A stretch of DNA of 64,000 nucleotides. Origin: an uncultured delta proteobacterium. Its GTDB lineage: Bacteria; Desulfobacterota; BSN033; UBA1163. This document shows, in pieces, positions 1 through 10,380 of this stretch. Both the position numbers and the translations under genes were made by a program. A model generated the notes under the pieces. That model saw nothing but the letters and a program-made list of their open reading frames with translations, was not told where the DNA came from and made no database searches. Numbering within the stretch: position 1 is the stretch's first letter; each line of letters opens with the position of its first letter. The DNA lies in contig CAVPSJ010000011.1 of assembly GCA_963708295.1 (NCBI GenBank), positions 2,138 to 66,137 on the forward strand, in the 5' to 3' direction.

Positions 1-560
1 GGTTTCCATCCGGTCCGGTAATAATCGCGCGCGGTCCGCTGTCACGGAGTCGGGGCCGGATACTCGGAGACGAGGCCATCCATGGTGATCTTGCCAATGC
101 GATTGCCCGCCGCTTCGCTGAACCATAGATCATCGCCCGCCACCGTGAGCGCGAGGGGTTGACTGCCAGGAGAGATTCCCGCCGCATATTCAGTCACGAC
201 TCCTCCGGCGTGATTCTTGCGATTCGTCCAATGTCGGTTTCGGAAAACCAGACATTTCCGTCGGGTCCCAGGATGATCCCGTTGGGGCCGGCATTCGGCG
301 TCGGCAGCGGGAACTCCGTGATCTCACCGTCCGGCGTGATCCGGCCGATTTTGTGGGCGGAGTATTCGGTAAACCAGAGATTACCGTCAGCGCCCGTGAT
401 GATGCCGATCGGTTGACTGTCCCGGTGTCGGAACCACGAATTCGGTGAAGGTTCCGTCTTTAGGAGAAAGGCGACCGATCTTCGACGCGCCACTCTCGCA
501 AAACCAGAGATTTCCGTCAGGCCCGAGGGTAATGATGTAGGGCTTGCTGCCGGGTGTCGG
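1..560 (-). pseudogene. Fragmented beta-propeller repeat gene (virginiamycin B lyase / SMP-30-like blades), running off the left edge
   Basis: Minus-strand frames carry repeated blades: [62 protein letters not shown] and [24 protein letters not shown]. The blades lie in at least two frames. An in-frame stop lies upstream of the first blade and no start codon was seen. Confidence 0.5.
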
Positions 561-661
561 TAATGCAGCGGTGTCTCAGCGAGATCCGTCAGCCAAATGG
601 AATGTTTTCCCTCACGATATCTGCGACCGCCTCTCCTACAGGACCAATCCTTTCCCTCTTC

Positions 662-2156
662 CTATTCCTCCAGAGTTGAGAGCTTCTTTCGCTGGGTGAT
701 GATCGGGATGATCAACAAAAGGGCTGCGACGATTAAGAAACCAAGCGATATGGGCCGGGAGACAAAAATGGAAAAGTCCCCTCGAGATAGAATCAGTGAT
801 TGACGAAGGGTTGTCTCGAGCATCTTCCCCAAAACCAGTGCGAGCACCAGGGGTGCTCCTTCGTAACGAAACTTCTTCATCAGGTATCCGACGATTCCGA
901 AGATGAGCATGATGACGACATCTCCGACGTTGTTCTCAATGCTGTAGGATCCGACCAGACAGAAGAGAAAGATCAAAGGATAAAGAAGATAATAGGGGAC
1001 CTTCAGCACCTGTACCCACAGTGGAATCAGGGGAAGGTTGAGAACCAGAAGCATGCCATTGCCGATATACATGCTCACAATGGTCCCCCAGAAAACGTCC
1101 GGGGCTTTGCTCAACAGCAGCGGACCCGGCTGCAACCCATGGATCATCAGGGCCCCCAATAAGACGGCGACAACCGGGTTGGCAGGAATCCCGAGGGTGA
1201 GAAGAGGAATGAAGGCTCCTCCGGCGGCTGCGTTGTTGGCTGCTTCGGGTCCGGCCACCCCCTGAATAGCTCCCTTTCCGAACTCCTCCGGATGCTTGGA
1301 GACTTTTTTCTCAATCGCATAGGACGCGAATGAAGCGATGACGGCCCCTCCCCCGGGAATAATTCCCAGAAAAAAGCCCAGGACCGTTCCCCGAATAATG
1401 GACCCTATGGAGTCTGCCCAGTCTTTAAGGGTTGGGAGAAGGTTCTTGACTCGAGTGGTAAGAATGTCTCGCCTGATTTCAGTTTCCAGATTCAGGAGAA
1501 CTTCGGAGATGCCGAAAAGACCCATGACCGTTGGGACCATGCGGAATACCATCTAGCAACATCCTGATGCCGTAAGTAAATCGGTATTCTCCGCCGATGG
1601 TATCCATTCCAACTCCGCTGAGGATCAGGCCGAAACCCGCCATCATCAGGGCCTTGATCATTGAACCGCTGCTGAGATAGGTGAGAAGCAGGATGCCTAC
1701 AACCATCATGGAGAAATATTCCGGAGGCCCGAATTTCAGCGCCATGCCGGCCAAAGGAGGAGCCACAAAGGTGAGTGCAATGACGGCAAACGTCCCGGCA
1801 ATAAATGAACCAAAGGCCGCAATTCCAAGGGCCGGACCTGCCCTTCCTTTCAGGGCCATCTGGTGCCCGTCCAGGCAGGTGACCACCGATGCCGCCTCGC
1901 CAGGGATGTTCACCAGAATGGAGGTCGTGGAGCCGCCATACATGGCTCCGTAATAGATCCCGGCAAGCATGATGAACGAAGAAACCGGAGTCACCTTGAA
2001 AGTCGCAGGAAGGAGTATGGCTATGGCTGAGGCCGGTCCGAGACCCGGCAAAACCCCAACCAGAGTCCCGATGAGCACCCCAAAAAAGCAGTACATCAGA
2101 TTGGTGGGCTGCAATGCAACCTGAAACCCATAGAGTAGACTATGGATCGTCTCCAT
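662..2156 (-). pseudogene. tctA: TctA-family tripartite tricarboxylate transporter large permease, split into two overlapping ORFs (frameshift near 1479-1552)
   Basis: ORFs 1479..2156 and 662..1552 together give about 520 aa of polytopic membrane protein. The junction reads DGIP in one frame and MVPTVMGLFGISEVL in the next. This is consistent with a 1-nt indel around CCGCATGG. Confidence 0.7.
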
Positions 2157-2173
2157 CGTTTCACCTCACCCTG

Positions 2174-2697
2174 CTCAGAACCTTAGGAACTCCAAGAGTC
2201 CTTTAGGCAATTGGGACTTGAGCCAGATTTCAAAAACCAAGTAGGAAATCCCCGTTACCACAACGCTCACAAAGATCGTCAACCCCCATCTTTTCTTCTC
2301 GATCGATTCCCAGGAGAAAGATAAAGAGCAACAGGGTGATGGGTATGAAACCCAACGTTTCCATGAAGAAGGCGTAAAGAAAGAGGGAAAGCAGGACGAG
2401 AATGATTTTCAAGACATTCTCCTTCCCGAAGATAGGGCCTTCGGGTTCCTCTGCTTTCCTCCCCGTCCATGCCCGGACGATGACCGCAATGGACAGGATC
2501 CCCATGGCGGCGGCTGTCCAGAAAAAAAGAAATCCCGGGCCCGGTTGATGCAGGCTTCCCAGGCCCAGGCGGTAGGATTCGATGCAGATAAACCCTGAAA
2601 AAAAGAGCCAAAAGATCCCGCTGATTCGATCTGCCTTGCTCATCCCGAAAACTCCCACGTGATCCGGATAACGACTACTCTGTTTATGGCACGCCAT
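2174..2697 (-). pseudogene. tctB: TctB-family small membrane subunit with a C-terminal frameshift
   Basis: The 155-aa ORF has several TM helices. After LLGIDREEK the plausible continuation RWGLTIFVSVVVTGISYLVFEIWLKSQLPKGLLEFLRF lies in another frame. That frame ends at 2174, just upstream of the tctA ATG. The shift falls inside GAAGAAAAGATGGGGG. The likely true start is MSKADRISG at about 2643. Confidence 0.55.
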
Positions 2698-2737
2698 TCA
2701 TCCGATTCCACAAAGAACGGTAAGTCCTGATCACCAG

Positions 2738-3700
2738 ATCACTTCTTAATACCTAATTTCTCGGCGATCCCACTGGCTCTCTCGTACTCTTCTGCCAACA
2801 TCTTCTTGAATTCCTCAGGAGACTTATAATCAACAGAGAACTCCAGCTTCTCGATCTTAGCCTTTAGCTTCAGGGTTCTTGAAGGCCTTTTCGATGGCTG
2901 GTACCAGCACCTTCTTTACGTCATCCGGGATTCCTGAGGGCGAAAAAAATGCGAACCACCCCGTGAAGAGATCTTGTTTGTAGCCAAAGTCCCTGATGGT
3001 GGGAACTTTAGGAAACTGACCCAATTTGGTCGATAGCAATAGAAGTCTCAGTTTTCCCGCCTGGACATACTGGGAGACCTCGGTGATGGGGCTAAAGGTC
3101 AACTCCACGTGCCCTCCTAATAAGGCGATGGCCGGCCCGCTTGCCATTGGAACATGAGTAAACTGCGCACCTGTCAGCGCCTGAACGACCTGCACATTAA
3201 AGTTGTCGGTGCTTAAGACGCCCGGTGTGGCCACCCGGAGTTTTCCGGGGTTCTTCTTGGCATAGTCCACCAGTTCCGGAAAGGTCTTCCACGGAGCACC
3301 CTCCTGAACCGTAACGGTAAACGGAAAGACCGCTTCCCCGCCTAAAGGCTCTAAGTCCTTTAATGGATCGTAAGGAACGATCTTTGGATTGGTGACCGGG
3401 GCATAGACGAAAGGCGTGGCACTGGCATAAAGAAGGGTATAGCCATCTTTCTTACTCCTGGCCACAGCATCCGTGGCCAATGTCATGGAGGCACCTGGTT
3501 TGTTCATCACGACAACTTGAGTGTTGAGTATTTTTCCCACTTCATCACCGAGAAGTCTGCAGGTGACATCCTGCATGAGCCCGGGTGTTCCCGGAGTCAA
3601 GAGCTGAATGGGGTGGCTGGGGTAAGGTTGAGCGTAAACAACTGGGACGACGTAGATAGACCACCAAGAATAAAGCTAGGACAAAAATAAAACGTTTCAT
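2738..3700 (-). pseudogene. tctC: TctC/Bug-family periplasmic tricarboxylate-binding protein with two frame disruptions
   Basis: The central 247-aa ORF (2857..3600) looks like a Bug/TctC binding protein. The signal peptide MKRFIFVLALF, preceded by the RBS GAAAGGAGG, starts at 3700 in a different frame. The C-terminus KAKIEKLEFSVDYKSPEEFKKMLAEEYERASGIAEKLGIKK is in a third frame. Confidence 0.65.
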
Positions 3701-3782
3701 GATCTTCCTCCTTTCAAAATTTGTCTAAGTGATTTCGATCCTGGAAGGGGTAATGAATTCCCTGTTCCTCCCTCCCTTTAAG

Positions 3783-5552
3783 TTACTCTTTCGAGATGAC
3801 GGGTAGCAGCAAGTGTGACGGATATTTTTCGTTATGGTAAATTTTGTGAAGGACCGTTTTGCTGCTGCAGATATGGTACGGTATGTATTCAACGTTCGTT
3901 GCACATGCTGTCCCTGTAGGTAAGTCCAGACTCGTGATATCCAGGCAGATGCGGTGTCCTTTCTCAAAGAGATTCGCAGTGGACAGGATTTCAATGGCGT
4001 ATTCATTGATTTCCCCGGGCGCAACCGGTTTCCACGCCTCCCTGGTATGAAGATGCCAGGGCTTCCAGGGCCTGGATCTCTCGGGATCAAGGGCTCTATG
4101 TGAGGCTTTGAGCCAGCCCCTGGTCAATTCCCTCTCCGGAAGGTTAGCCGGGACCTCGGTTTCACCCTCTCGGGCGGTATGGACTGAAACATCGGGACCA
4201 ACGTCCTTCAGGATGACGATCCAGTTCGTATCCTTCTGATCGATCGAGGCATACAGATATAGAACAACGGGCCCAGCGATCAATGTGTCTTCAGGGAGAG
4301 GGTCGGTCATATACCTGAGCCGTTCGATCTTCCTTGTATGAGTGGGGGGCATCTGAACGAAAGCATCGGGTTCATCGTAAGCCTCACGACTGGAAGGAGT
4401 GAAGGACTCGGTCCTCATCCGCTCCCAACTATGCAGGTAGTATTTTGTCCATTTGGTTTCAGGAAGAGGCCAATCCTTCCCATAACGCCACTTATTCTCC
4501 CCCATCACCCAGTACTTGACGGGAGGCTCCTTCATGATGCCGTTGTCGATCCCCTTGAGCCAGTAGTCATACCATCTGACGATTTCGTCATGAAATGAAT
4601 GGAATGGGCGTTCGAGGTGCGCCGGGCCATTGAACAACATTTTCTTGGGACCGTTGACGGAACAGTACCAGTGTTGCGCGCCCTGTAGGTGCATCTTATA
4701 CGTGTACGCGTACCACCCGGCACCCGTGTAAACAGGGATCTTAATCTTCTTAAAATTCGCTTCAGCCTCTTTGACGATCTCTTCCTTATCAAAAGGGTCG
4801 ATGAGGGCGTCGAAGACCAATGGACTGTGCTGTCCTTTCATCGTAAGCACGTTGTACATATTCGAGTATATCTTGTAGTCCGGGTTCTTCATCGCCTCCT
4901 TCCATCGTTTTTCCACTTTGGGGGGGAGCTCGCCGGGTCTGCCCTTCACTCCATGGATGACGCCTAATTGGTCGATAAGATACGTAAAAGGATGGAGAAC
5001 ACCACCGGGATATAAATCCCGGAAACCGAATATGTCTCCATACGCGTTACATGCATCGTAAGGGAAAATGGCCTTTAGATGGGGCGGCTGCTGCAGGGCC
5101 GTGCGCCACTGCATGCCGGCAAAGGCGGATATGCCGATCATCCCGATATTCCCATCACACCAGGGCTGTTTTGCCATCCACTCGATCAGGTCGTAGGCGT
5201 CCCACTCAGGAGAACCTCCATCTTCTGATTTCCCGACTCCTCTGGGGTTACCGATCACATGCACGTAGCCTCTGGAGACGAGGTACTTCGTGTCTCCGGC
5301 TTCCATGCCCCCCTGCCACAAAGGGGACCAAGCTGGCTGGGGTGGAATGGCCTCGGCAATTTCAGGGGTCTGCAAATCCTTATTGTGAACGGCAAAAGCC
5401 AAAACAGCCGGGAACTTTCCCGAGGCTTCAGGACGGTAGATATCGACGCATACATGAATTCCGTCACGCATAGGAACCAAGATATCTCTTTCTTGCATCA
5501 TTTTTTCATAAAACGAAGCCTTTGAACCGGATGATCTCGTTTTCCTACTCAT
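3783..5552 (-). CDS. CocE/NonD-family (S15 X-Pro dipeptidyl-peptidase-like) alpha/beta hydrolase
   Basis: The 589-aa ORF has an N-terminal VPMRDGIHVCVDIYRP motif and GNPRGVGKSEDG (the nucleophile-region pattern RGxGxSxG). It also has a long C-terminal beta-sandwich-like region typical of the family. Confidence 0.7.
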   Translation of the reverse strand: MSRKTRSSGSKASFYEKMMQERDILVPMRDGIHVCVDIYRPEASGKFPAVLAFAVHNKDLQTPEIAEAIPPQPAWSPLWQGGMEAGDTKYLVSRGYVHVIGNPRGVGKSEDGGSPEWDAYDLIEWMAKQPWCDGNIGMIGISAFAGMQWRTALQQPPHLKAIFPYDACNAYGDIFGFRDLYPGGVLHPFTYLIDQLGVIHGVKGRPGELPPKVEKRWKEAMKNPDYKIYSNMYNVLTMKGQHSPLVFDALIDPFDKEEIVKEAEANFKKIKIPVYTGAGWYAYTYKMHLQGAQHWYCSVNGPKKMLFNGPAHLERPFHSFHDEIVRWYDYWLKGIDNGIMKEPPVKYWVMGENKWRYGKDWPLPETKWTKYYLHSWERMRTESFTPSSREAYDEPDAFVQMPPTHTRKIERLRYMTDPLPEDTLIAGPVVLYLYASIDQKDTNWIVILKDVGPDVSVHTAREGETEVPANLPERELTRGWLKASHRALDPERSRPWKPWHLHTREAWKPVAPGEINEYAIEILSTANLFEKGHRICLDITSLDLPTGTACATNVEYIPYHICSSKTVLHKIYHNEKYPSHLLLPVISKE

Positions 5553-5871
5553 TTCGTCCTCCTAATGGTGTGCTTCGAAATTCCGTTTCGATGAGCGGCC
5601 GGCCGGAAGCGCTTTTGAGGTTTCACCAGGCAGTGGTCATACGATTTCATAGGAAGAGATACGAATATTATTTTCTTTATCAGTTTTTCTCAGAATTGTC
5701 CAGTCATCTTATTCGTGGCGTTTGTGCGACTTCTGGCAACTTCCAGTGCTTTGCAGTTTACTGAAGGAGAATTACAGTCGAGGGAGGACGGCATCGGCAA
5801 GAGGAGCATCAAGCCCCCCTTGCCGAAGATCATCTAAGTTCGCTTTTTCAAACCTTGTGCCGCGGAGTCGA

Positions 5872-7164
5872 TCACTTGATTCCGCGTAACTCACGGATAG
5901 AGACCAGTTTCGCCTCTTTGGGCAGCATTTTGTAACTTCCATTTGAAACAAGAACAGGATCGAAGGGAAACTTCTTCCCCTTGATCCATTGAAGCCCGCC
6001 AGAAGGCACAATGGCGATATTCTTCTCATTGAATTTGATCTGCCCCTGTATCGTACTCAGGTTAGTCGCAGCAAAAGCCTTGCGAACAGTCTCTTTGTCA
6101 AGCGTCTGTGCCTGTTTGAGCACGTCGGCCAAAATTTCATACCCCCCATATAACCCACCCAGAGGTGCAGTCCATTGTTTACCCGTGGCGGATTCATAGC
6201 TGTCGGCCAACTGTTTTCCGGACTCACCGGTGAGAGAAGACTTGAAGGGATAATCAGGGTGCCAAACGGCTTCCGTCGAGGTTCCTAATCCCAGATCTCC
6301 GCCGATGGCTTCGACTGCTGTGGGGAACATCAGTGCTCTTCCGACGGTGCAGATTTTCGGTATGAAGTTCTCGCGGAAACATTGCCTCCAGACTGTTGTA
6401 AAATCGGGGGGTGACATGTTTGCGAACATGATTTCCACGTTTTCTTTCTTCCATCCGCTGATAATCGTGCCGTAATCCATGGTTCCTGGTGGAAATCGGC
6501 CGATATCAATGACCTTATACCCCGCGCCTCCAAGGGCTTTGTTCGATCCATCCGCCCAGGCGACACCATCGGGATCGTTCTGAGCCAGGAGACCGACGAT
6601 TTTGTTGGTCTTGACATCGTCCCACATCGGCATGAAAGAGGCCAAATAATCCCTAACGCTGAAGGAGGCATCGAAAGACCAAGTAAAAGGCCCCCCCAAT
6701 AAGAACATTTCGACGGGCATCATGGTACTGACGCAGGGCACCTTAAACCTCTCGCAAGCAGCCGCCACCGGACTGACCGTCGCTGGCGTTGCAGAAACGT
6801 ACATGATGTCTATATTGTCATTAAGGATGAGCTTGGAGCCGATATCTCCCGCTTTCGAGGGATTGCTCTCGGTATCCACAATTTTGACTTTCACCGGAAG
6901 CTTTTTCCCGGCTTCCTTGATGAAGATACCCCCATCCTTGTTGATGTCGGCGAGGGCTTTGTTGTCGATCCAGGGTGACACGGTGGTAAATGCAGACACA
7001 GGTCCTGTGACGGGGAGGGGCCGACCGATGAGGATGTGATCCCTAACGGCTGCCCGTGCCGGCTTGAGAAGTTTGGGGATAGACGATGATGCGCCAACGG
7101 CAGCCGCCGTCAACCCCATCTTCCTGATAAATTCCCTCCGACTGATATCCTCTTTCTTTTTCAT
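5872..7164 (-). CDS. ABC transporter substrate-binding protein (Leu/Ile/Val-binding-like) with a twin-arginine-type signal
   Basis: The 430-aa ORF starts MKKKEDISRREFIRKMGLTAAAVGASS. Its body resembles type I periplasmic binding proteins. No permease or ATPase genes are adjacent. Confidence 0.7.
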   Translation of the reverse strand: MKKKEDISRREFIRKMGLTAAAVGASSSIPKLLKPARAAVRDHILIGRPLPVTGPVSAFTTVSPWIDNKALADINKDGGIFIKEAGKKLPVKVKIVDTESNPSKAGDIGSKLILNDNIDIMYVSATPATVSPVAAACERFKVPCVSTMMPVEMFLLGGPFTWSFDASFSVRDYLASFMPMWDDVKTNKIVGLLAQNDPDGVAWADGSNKALGGAGYKVIDIGRFPPGTMDYGTIISGWKKENVEIMFANMSPPDFTTVWRQCFRENFIPKICTVGRALMFPTAVEAIGGDLGLGTSTEAVWHPDYPFKSSLTGESGKQLADSYESATGKQWTAPLGGLYGGYEILADVLKQAQTLDKETVRKAFAATNLSTIQGQIKFNEKNIAIVPSGGLQWIKGKKFPFDPVLVSNGSYKMLPKEAKLVSIRELRGIK

Positions 7165-7445
7165 CTCAACCTCCTTGTTCTTATTTTTGAGATTTCAGGA
7201 TCGCTTTTAGCAAAAAATCCATAGACTTTTTCAAAAAACACCCCCTGCTCAACTAATGATTGATATTACTATGTGATGGTTTTGTCAAGAGAAAAGTTGT
7301 TTGCCTATTGACACGACCCTGGGTTAATATTAAGAGTGAAAACGAGGTATTTCCCAGAATGAGGAGCTTTAACTTAGCTCCTGCCGTATGAGCTAAATCA
7401 AGTTCAGGAGTTTGAAGTTAAGCAAGAAGGGAGGAAAAAGCTTAG

Positions 7446-9323
7446 ATGTATAGCGGCGGATATACAGGAAAGATACTGCGGATCAATCTTACGGATCAGA
7501 CTGCAAAGAAAGAGAAGTTACCCTTAAAGGTTGCTAAGGATTTCATCGGAGGAGCGGGTTTTGGAGTAAAGTTTCTCTTTGATGAAGTCAAGGGAGGAAC
7601 GGATCCCTTAAGCCCCGAGAACAAACTGGTTTTTGCTCCCGGGCCTTTTACCGGAACGTCCGTCCCCTGTACCAGCCGTCTGACGGTTACAGCCAAATCC
7701 CCTTTGACGAATGTCGTGGGCATGGGCTTGTCCGGTGGTTTTTTCCCCGCGGAGTTGAAGTTTGCGGGGTATGACGTCATTATCGTTGAGGGTAGGGCGG
7801 AAAAGCCGGCGTATATTACGATTAAAGATGGGGAAATCCGTTTCCGAGACGCCAGCAAGATCTGGGGGACTCAAACCTTCGATTGCCAGCAGATCCTCAA
7901 GGACACGCTTAATGATCAGAACTTCCGGATTTCCTGCATCGGCCCTGCCGGGGAGCGTTTGAGCAGAATTGCCTGCATGATGAATGAGAGAAGGGCCGTC
8001 GGCCGCAAAGGGCTTGGGGCAGTGATGGGATCCAAAAACCTTAAGGCCATTGCAATTCGGGGGAGTGGTTCTTTAGAGATCTCTTCCGAGGAAAAATTCA
8101 AGGCTGCAAAAGGTCAGATGCTAAAAGCGATGAAAGAGAGTCCGGTCCTTTATCCTGAATTTTCCATGACGGGAACTCCGACCAATGTCGATAATACCTG
8201 CGCACTCGGTATTTTCCCGGCCAAGAACTGGTCAGCCACAGGAGCGTTCGCACCTGCGGATCAGATCGGGATAGAGGCTTTGCAGACCCGGCGGATCGGA
8301 AAGGAACCCTGCTTCGGCTGTCCGGTCGGCTGCAGTCAATTGAGGCTGGCTCGATCAGGCCCCTATGCAGGTATTTTGTCGGAAGGACCGGAATTCGAGA
8401 CACTCTACTCCCTGGGCGGGCAAACCGGAGTAGACGACGTGGACAGCATTATTGCTGCCGATCGTCTGTGCGACGAGTTGGGATTGGACAGCATTTCAGC
8501 TGGAGTGACGGTCGGCTTCGCCATGGAGTTGTTTGAAAAAGGAATCCTGACCCCTGCGGATACGGGGGGCTTGAAGCTCAACTTCGGCAATCACGAAGCG
8601 ATGAACGCCTTGATCCGGCTGATGGCCCTTCGGGAAGGGATCGGTGACCTCCTGTCCGATGGAGTAAAGATTGCCTCAAAAAAGATAGGAAAAGGGTCAG
8701 AGAAGTTCGCGATGCATATCAAAGGGCTCGAACTTCCCGGCTATGATGTCCGGGGTGCAAAGGCTCACGGTCTAAACTACGCCACGTCCTACACAGGAGC
8801 GGATCATAATCGCGGATATGCCTTTCAGGAGATATTCGGGATTCCCGTTCCTTACCCTGTAGATCGATTGAGCGTAGAAGGGAAGGGGAAGCTCACCAAA
8901 TGGAACCAGGATGTGAGGACAGCGACTGCTGATTGCCCAACCCTTTGTGTCTTTATTTTTGACATGGCCCTCGCAGGCACTTCACTCAAGAATACAGCCT
9001 CTTTGATGGAGGCGGTGACGGGTCTCGATTTTACGCCTGAGGAAGTTGAAAAGGTCGGCGAACGAGTGAATAACCTGGCAAGGGCGTTTAACGTTCGAGA
9101 AGGCTTTACAAGGGCGGATGACCGATTTCCTGAAAGACTGATGACCGAGCCTTTGAAGAGTGGCGCGTCCAAAGGCCAGCTGATCAGCGAGGAAGATCTC
9201 AAGGTGATGCTGGATGAGTACTATACCGTGAGGGGCTGGAATCTTGAGACGGGTATCCCGAGCAGAGAGAAGCTTGTTGAATTGGGTCTTGAATACGTTG
9301 CAGATCAATTGGGTGCGAAGTAA
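7446..9323 (+). CDS. aor: Aldehyde:ferredoxin oxidoreductase (tungsten/molybdopterin AOR family)
   Basis: The 625-aa ORF begins YSGGYTGKILRINLTD. It has the Cys cluster CFGCPVGC and AOR-like domains throughout. The RBS GGGAGGAAAAAG lies upstream. Confidence 0.9.
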   Translation: MYSGGYTGKILRINLTDQTAKKEKLPLKVAKDFIGGAGFGVKFLFDEVKGGTDPLSPENKLVFAPGPFTGTSVPCTSRLTVTAKSPLTNVVGMGLSGGFFPAELKFAGYDVIIVEGRAEKPAYITIKDGEIRFRDASKIWGTQTFDCQQILKDTLNDQNFRISCIGPAGERLSRIACMMNERRAVGRKGLGAVMGSKNLKAIAIRGSGSLEISSEEKFKAAKGQMLKAMKESPVLYPEFSMTGTPTNVDNTCALGIFPAKNWSATGAFAPADQIGIEALQTRRIGKEPCFGCPVGCSQLRLARSGPYAGILSEGPEFETLYSLGGQTGVDDVDSIIAADRLCDELGLDSISAGVTVGFAMELFEKGILTPADTGGLKLNFGNHEAMNALIRLMALREGIGDLLSDGVKIASKKIGKGSEKFAMHIKGLELPGYDVRGAKAHGLNYATSYTGADHNRGYAFQEIFGIPVPYPVDRLSVEGKGKLTKWNQDVRTATADCPTLCVFIFDMALAGTSLKNTASLMEAVTGLDFTPEEVEKVGERVNNLARAFNVREGFTRADDRFPERLMTEPLKSGASKGQLISEEDLKVMLDEYYTVRGWNLETGIPSREKLVELGLEYVADQLGAK

Positions 9324-9335
9324 TCCGGTCCGGCA

Positions 9336-9626
9336 GTGATCAAGATCAAAGTCTATACCATCATGGAATTAAAAAAGATCTGTGGCCAGAGGGAATTTGA
9401 ATTAGCCATCCCGGAGGGGAGCACAGTCAAGGATCTACTTTCGCTGATGATCAACAGGTGGGGAGACCAGTTGGCCACCCACTTGTATAAGACAGGCACT
9501 GAATCAGTTCTACCACACATCCGGCTAATGGTTAACGGCCGGTCCATCGAATTCCTGAAGGGAATGGAAACCGTCCTTCAGGACGGAGATGAATTCCAGA
9601 TGCTTCCTCTCGTTGCAGGCGGGTAG
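9336..9626 (+). CDS. MoaD/ThiS-family small sulfur-carrier-like protein
   Basis: The 96-aa ORF lies 12 nt after aor. It has a beta-grasp-like pattern and ends in the diagnostic C-terminal GG (LPLVAGG). A GTG start is used. Confidence 0.7.
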   Translation: MIKIKVYTIMELKKICGQREFELAIPEGSTVKDLLSLMINRWGDQLATHLYKTGTESVLPHIRLMVNGRSIEFLKGMETVLQDGDEFQMLPLVAGG

Positions 9627-9920
9627 AGGAAGAATTTAAGAAACAACCTTAACTTTAGTTTCCAACTCCAACCTCTCGAAATAGAATGATTAATTGTGTT
9701 CTTACGCTTTAATGGATCCCTTGAGATTTCGATTGACAAAGTACAACCAAACGTCGGGCCAACCAGGAAATCATCCCGGTTCCGTTCTTCGGTTTCCTGA
9801 AGCGTTTGCCCCTGAAGCCCCTAAAGAGGCGATTCATAGAAGAGGCGCGGAAGAGGCAGTCTTGAATGCACGGAAGATTCAGGATGGGTCAGTCCGGAGA
9901 TCCGTGGATAGGAGGATGTT

Positions 9921-10314
9921 ATGAAGAAATGGAAACCGGCTCCGGCCGAGGCGGTTGAGGCTTTTGCCGTGGCAACCTCTGACTTATCCGGGGCCGAGCC
10001 GAGGAAGATGTTCGGTTATTCCTGCGTCTTTGCGAAGGGAAACATGTTTGCCGGTTTGCACGAAGCAGGCATTGTTCTTCGGCTTTCCAGAAGAGCAGCG
10101 TGCTGAGTTTCTTCGATTGAAAGGTGCGGAGCCCTTCGAGCCCATGCCCGGAAGGGTGATGCGGGAGTATGTGGTTGTACCGAAGGTGTTGCTGAAGGCG
10201 CCGGAGCAGTTACGGGAGTGGGTCGAAAAGTCGTTATCCTATGTTTCGTCTTTGCCGGCCAAGGAGAAGAAGGGTTCTGGTAGTAGAAAGAAGTCGAAAG
10301 GCGCAAAGAAGTGA
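9921..10314 (+). pseudogene. TfoX N-terminal-domain family protein interrupted by a single-base frameshift near 10090
   Basis: Frame 1 gives MKKWKPAPAEAVEAF..FGYSCVFAKGNMFAGLHEAGIVLRLS. Frame 2 continues EEQRAEFLRLKGAEPFEPMPGRVMREYVVVPKVLLKAPEQLREWVEKS. Removing one A in TCCAGAAGAG restores a single ORF. Confidence 0.5.
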
Positions 10315-10380
10315 GGCCCGCTCCCTCACGTTTGCATTGTCGAAGGATGACGATTGTACCCCCGGTAAATGCTTCGGTTT

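Noticed and set aside
7165-7445. A Moco/Wco riboswitch upstream of the AOR gene
   Set aside because: Only a simple 7-bp hairpin is present. The length and sequence do not resemble the moaA-motif RNA as I remember it. A covariance-model scan would be needed to be sure.
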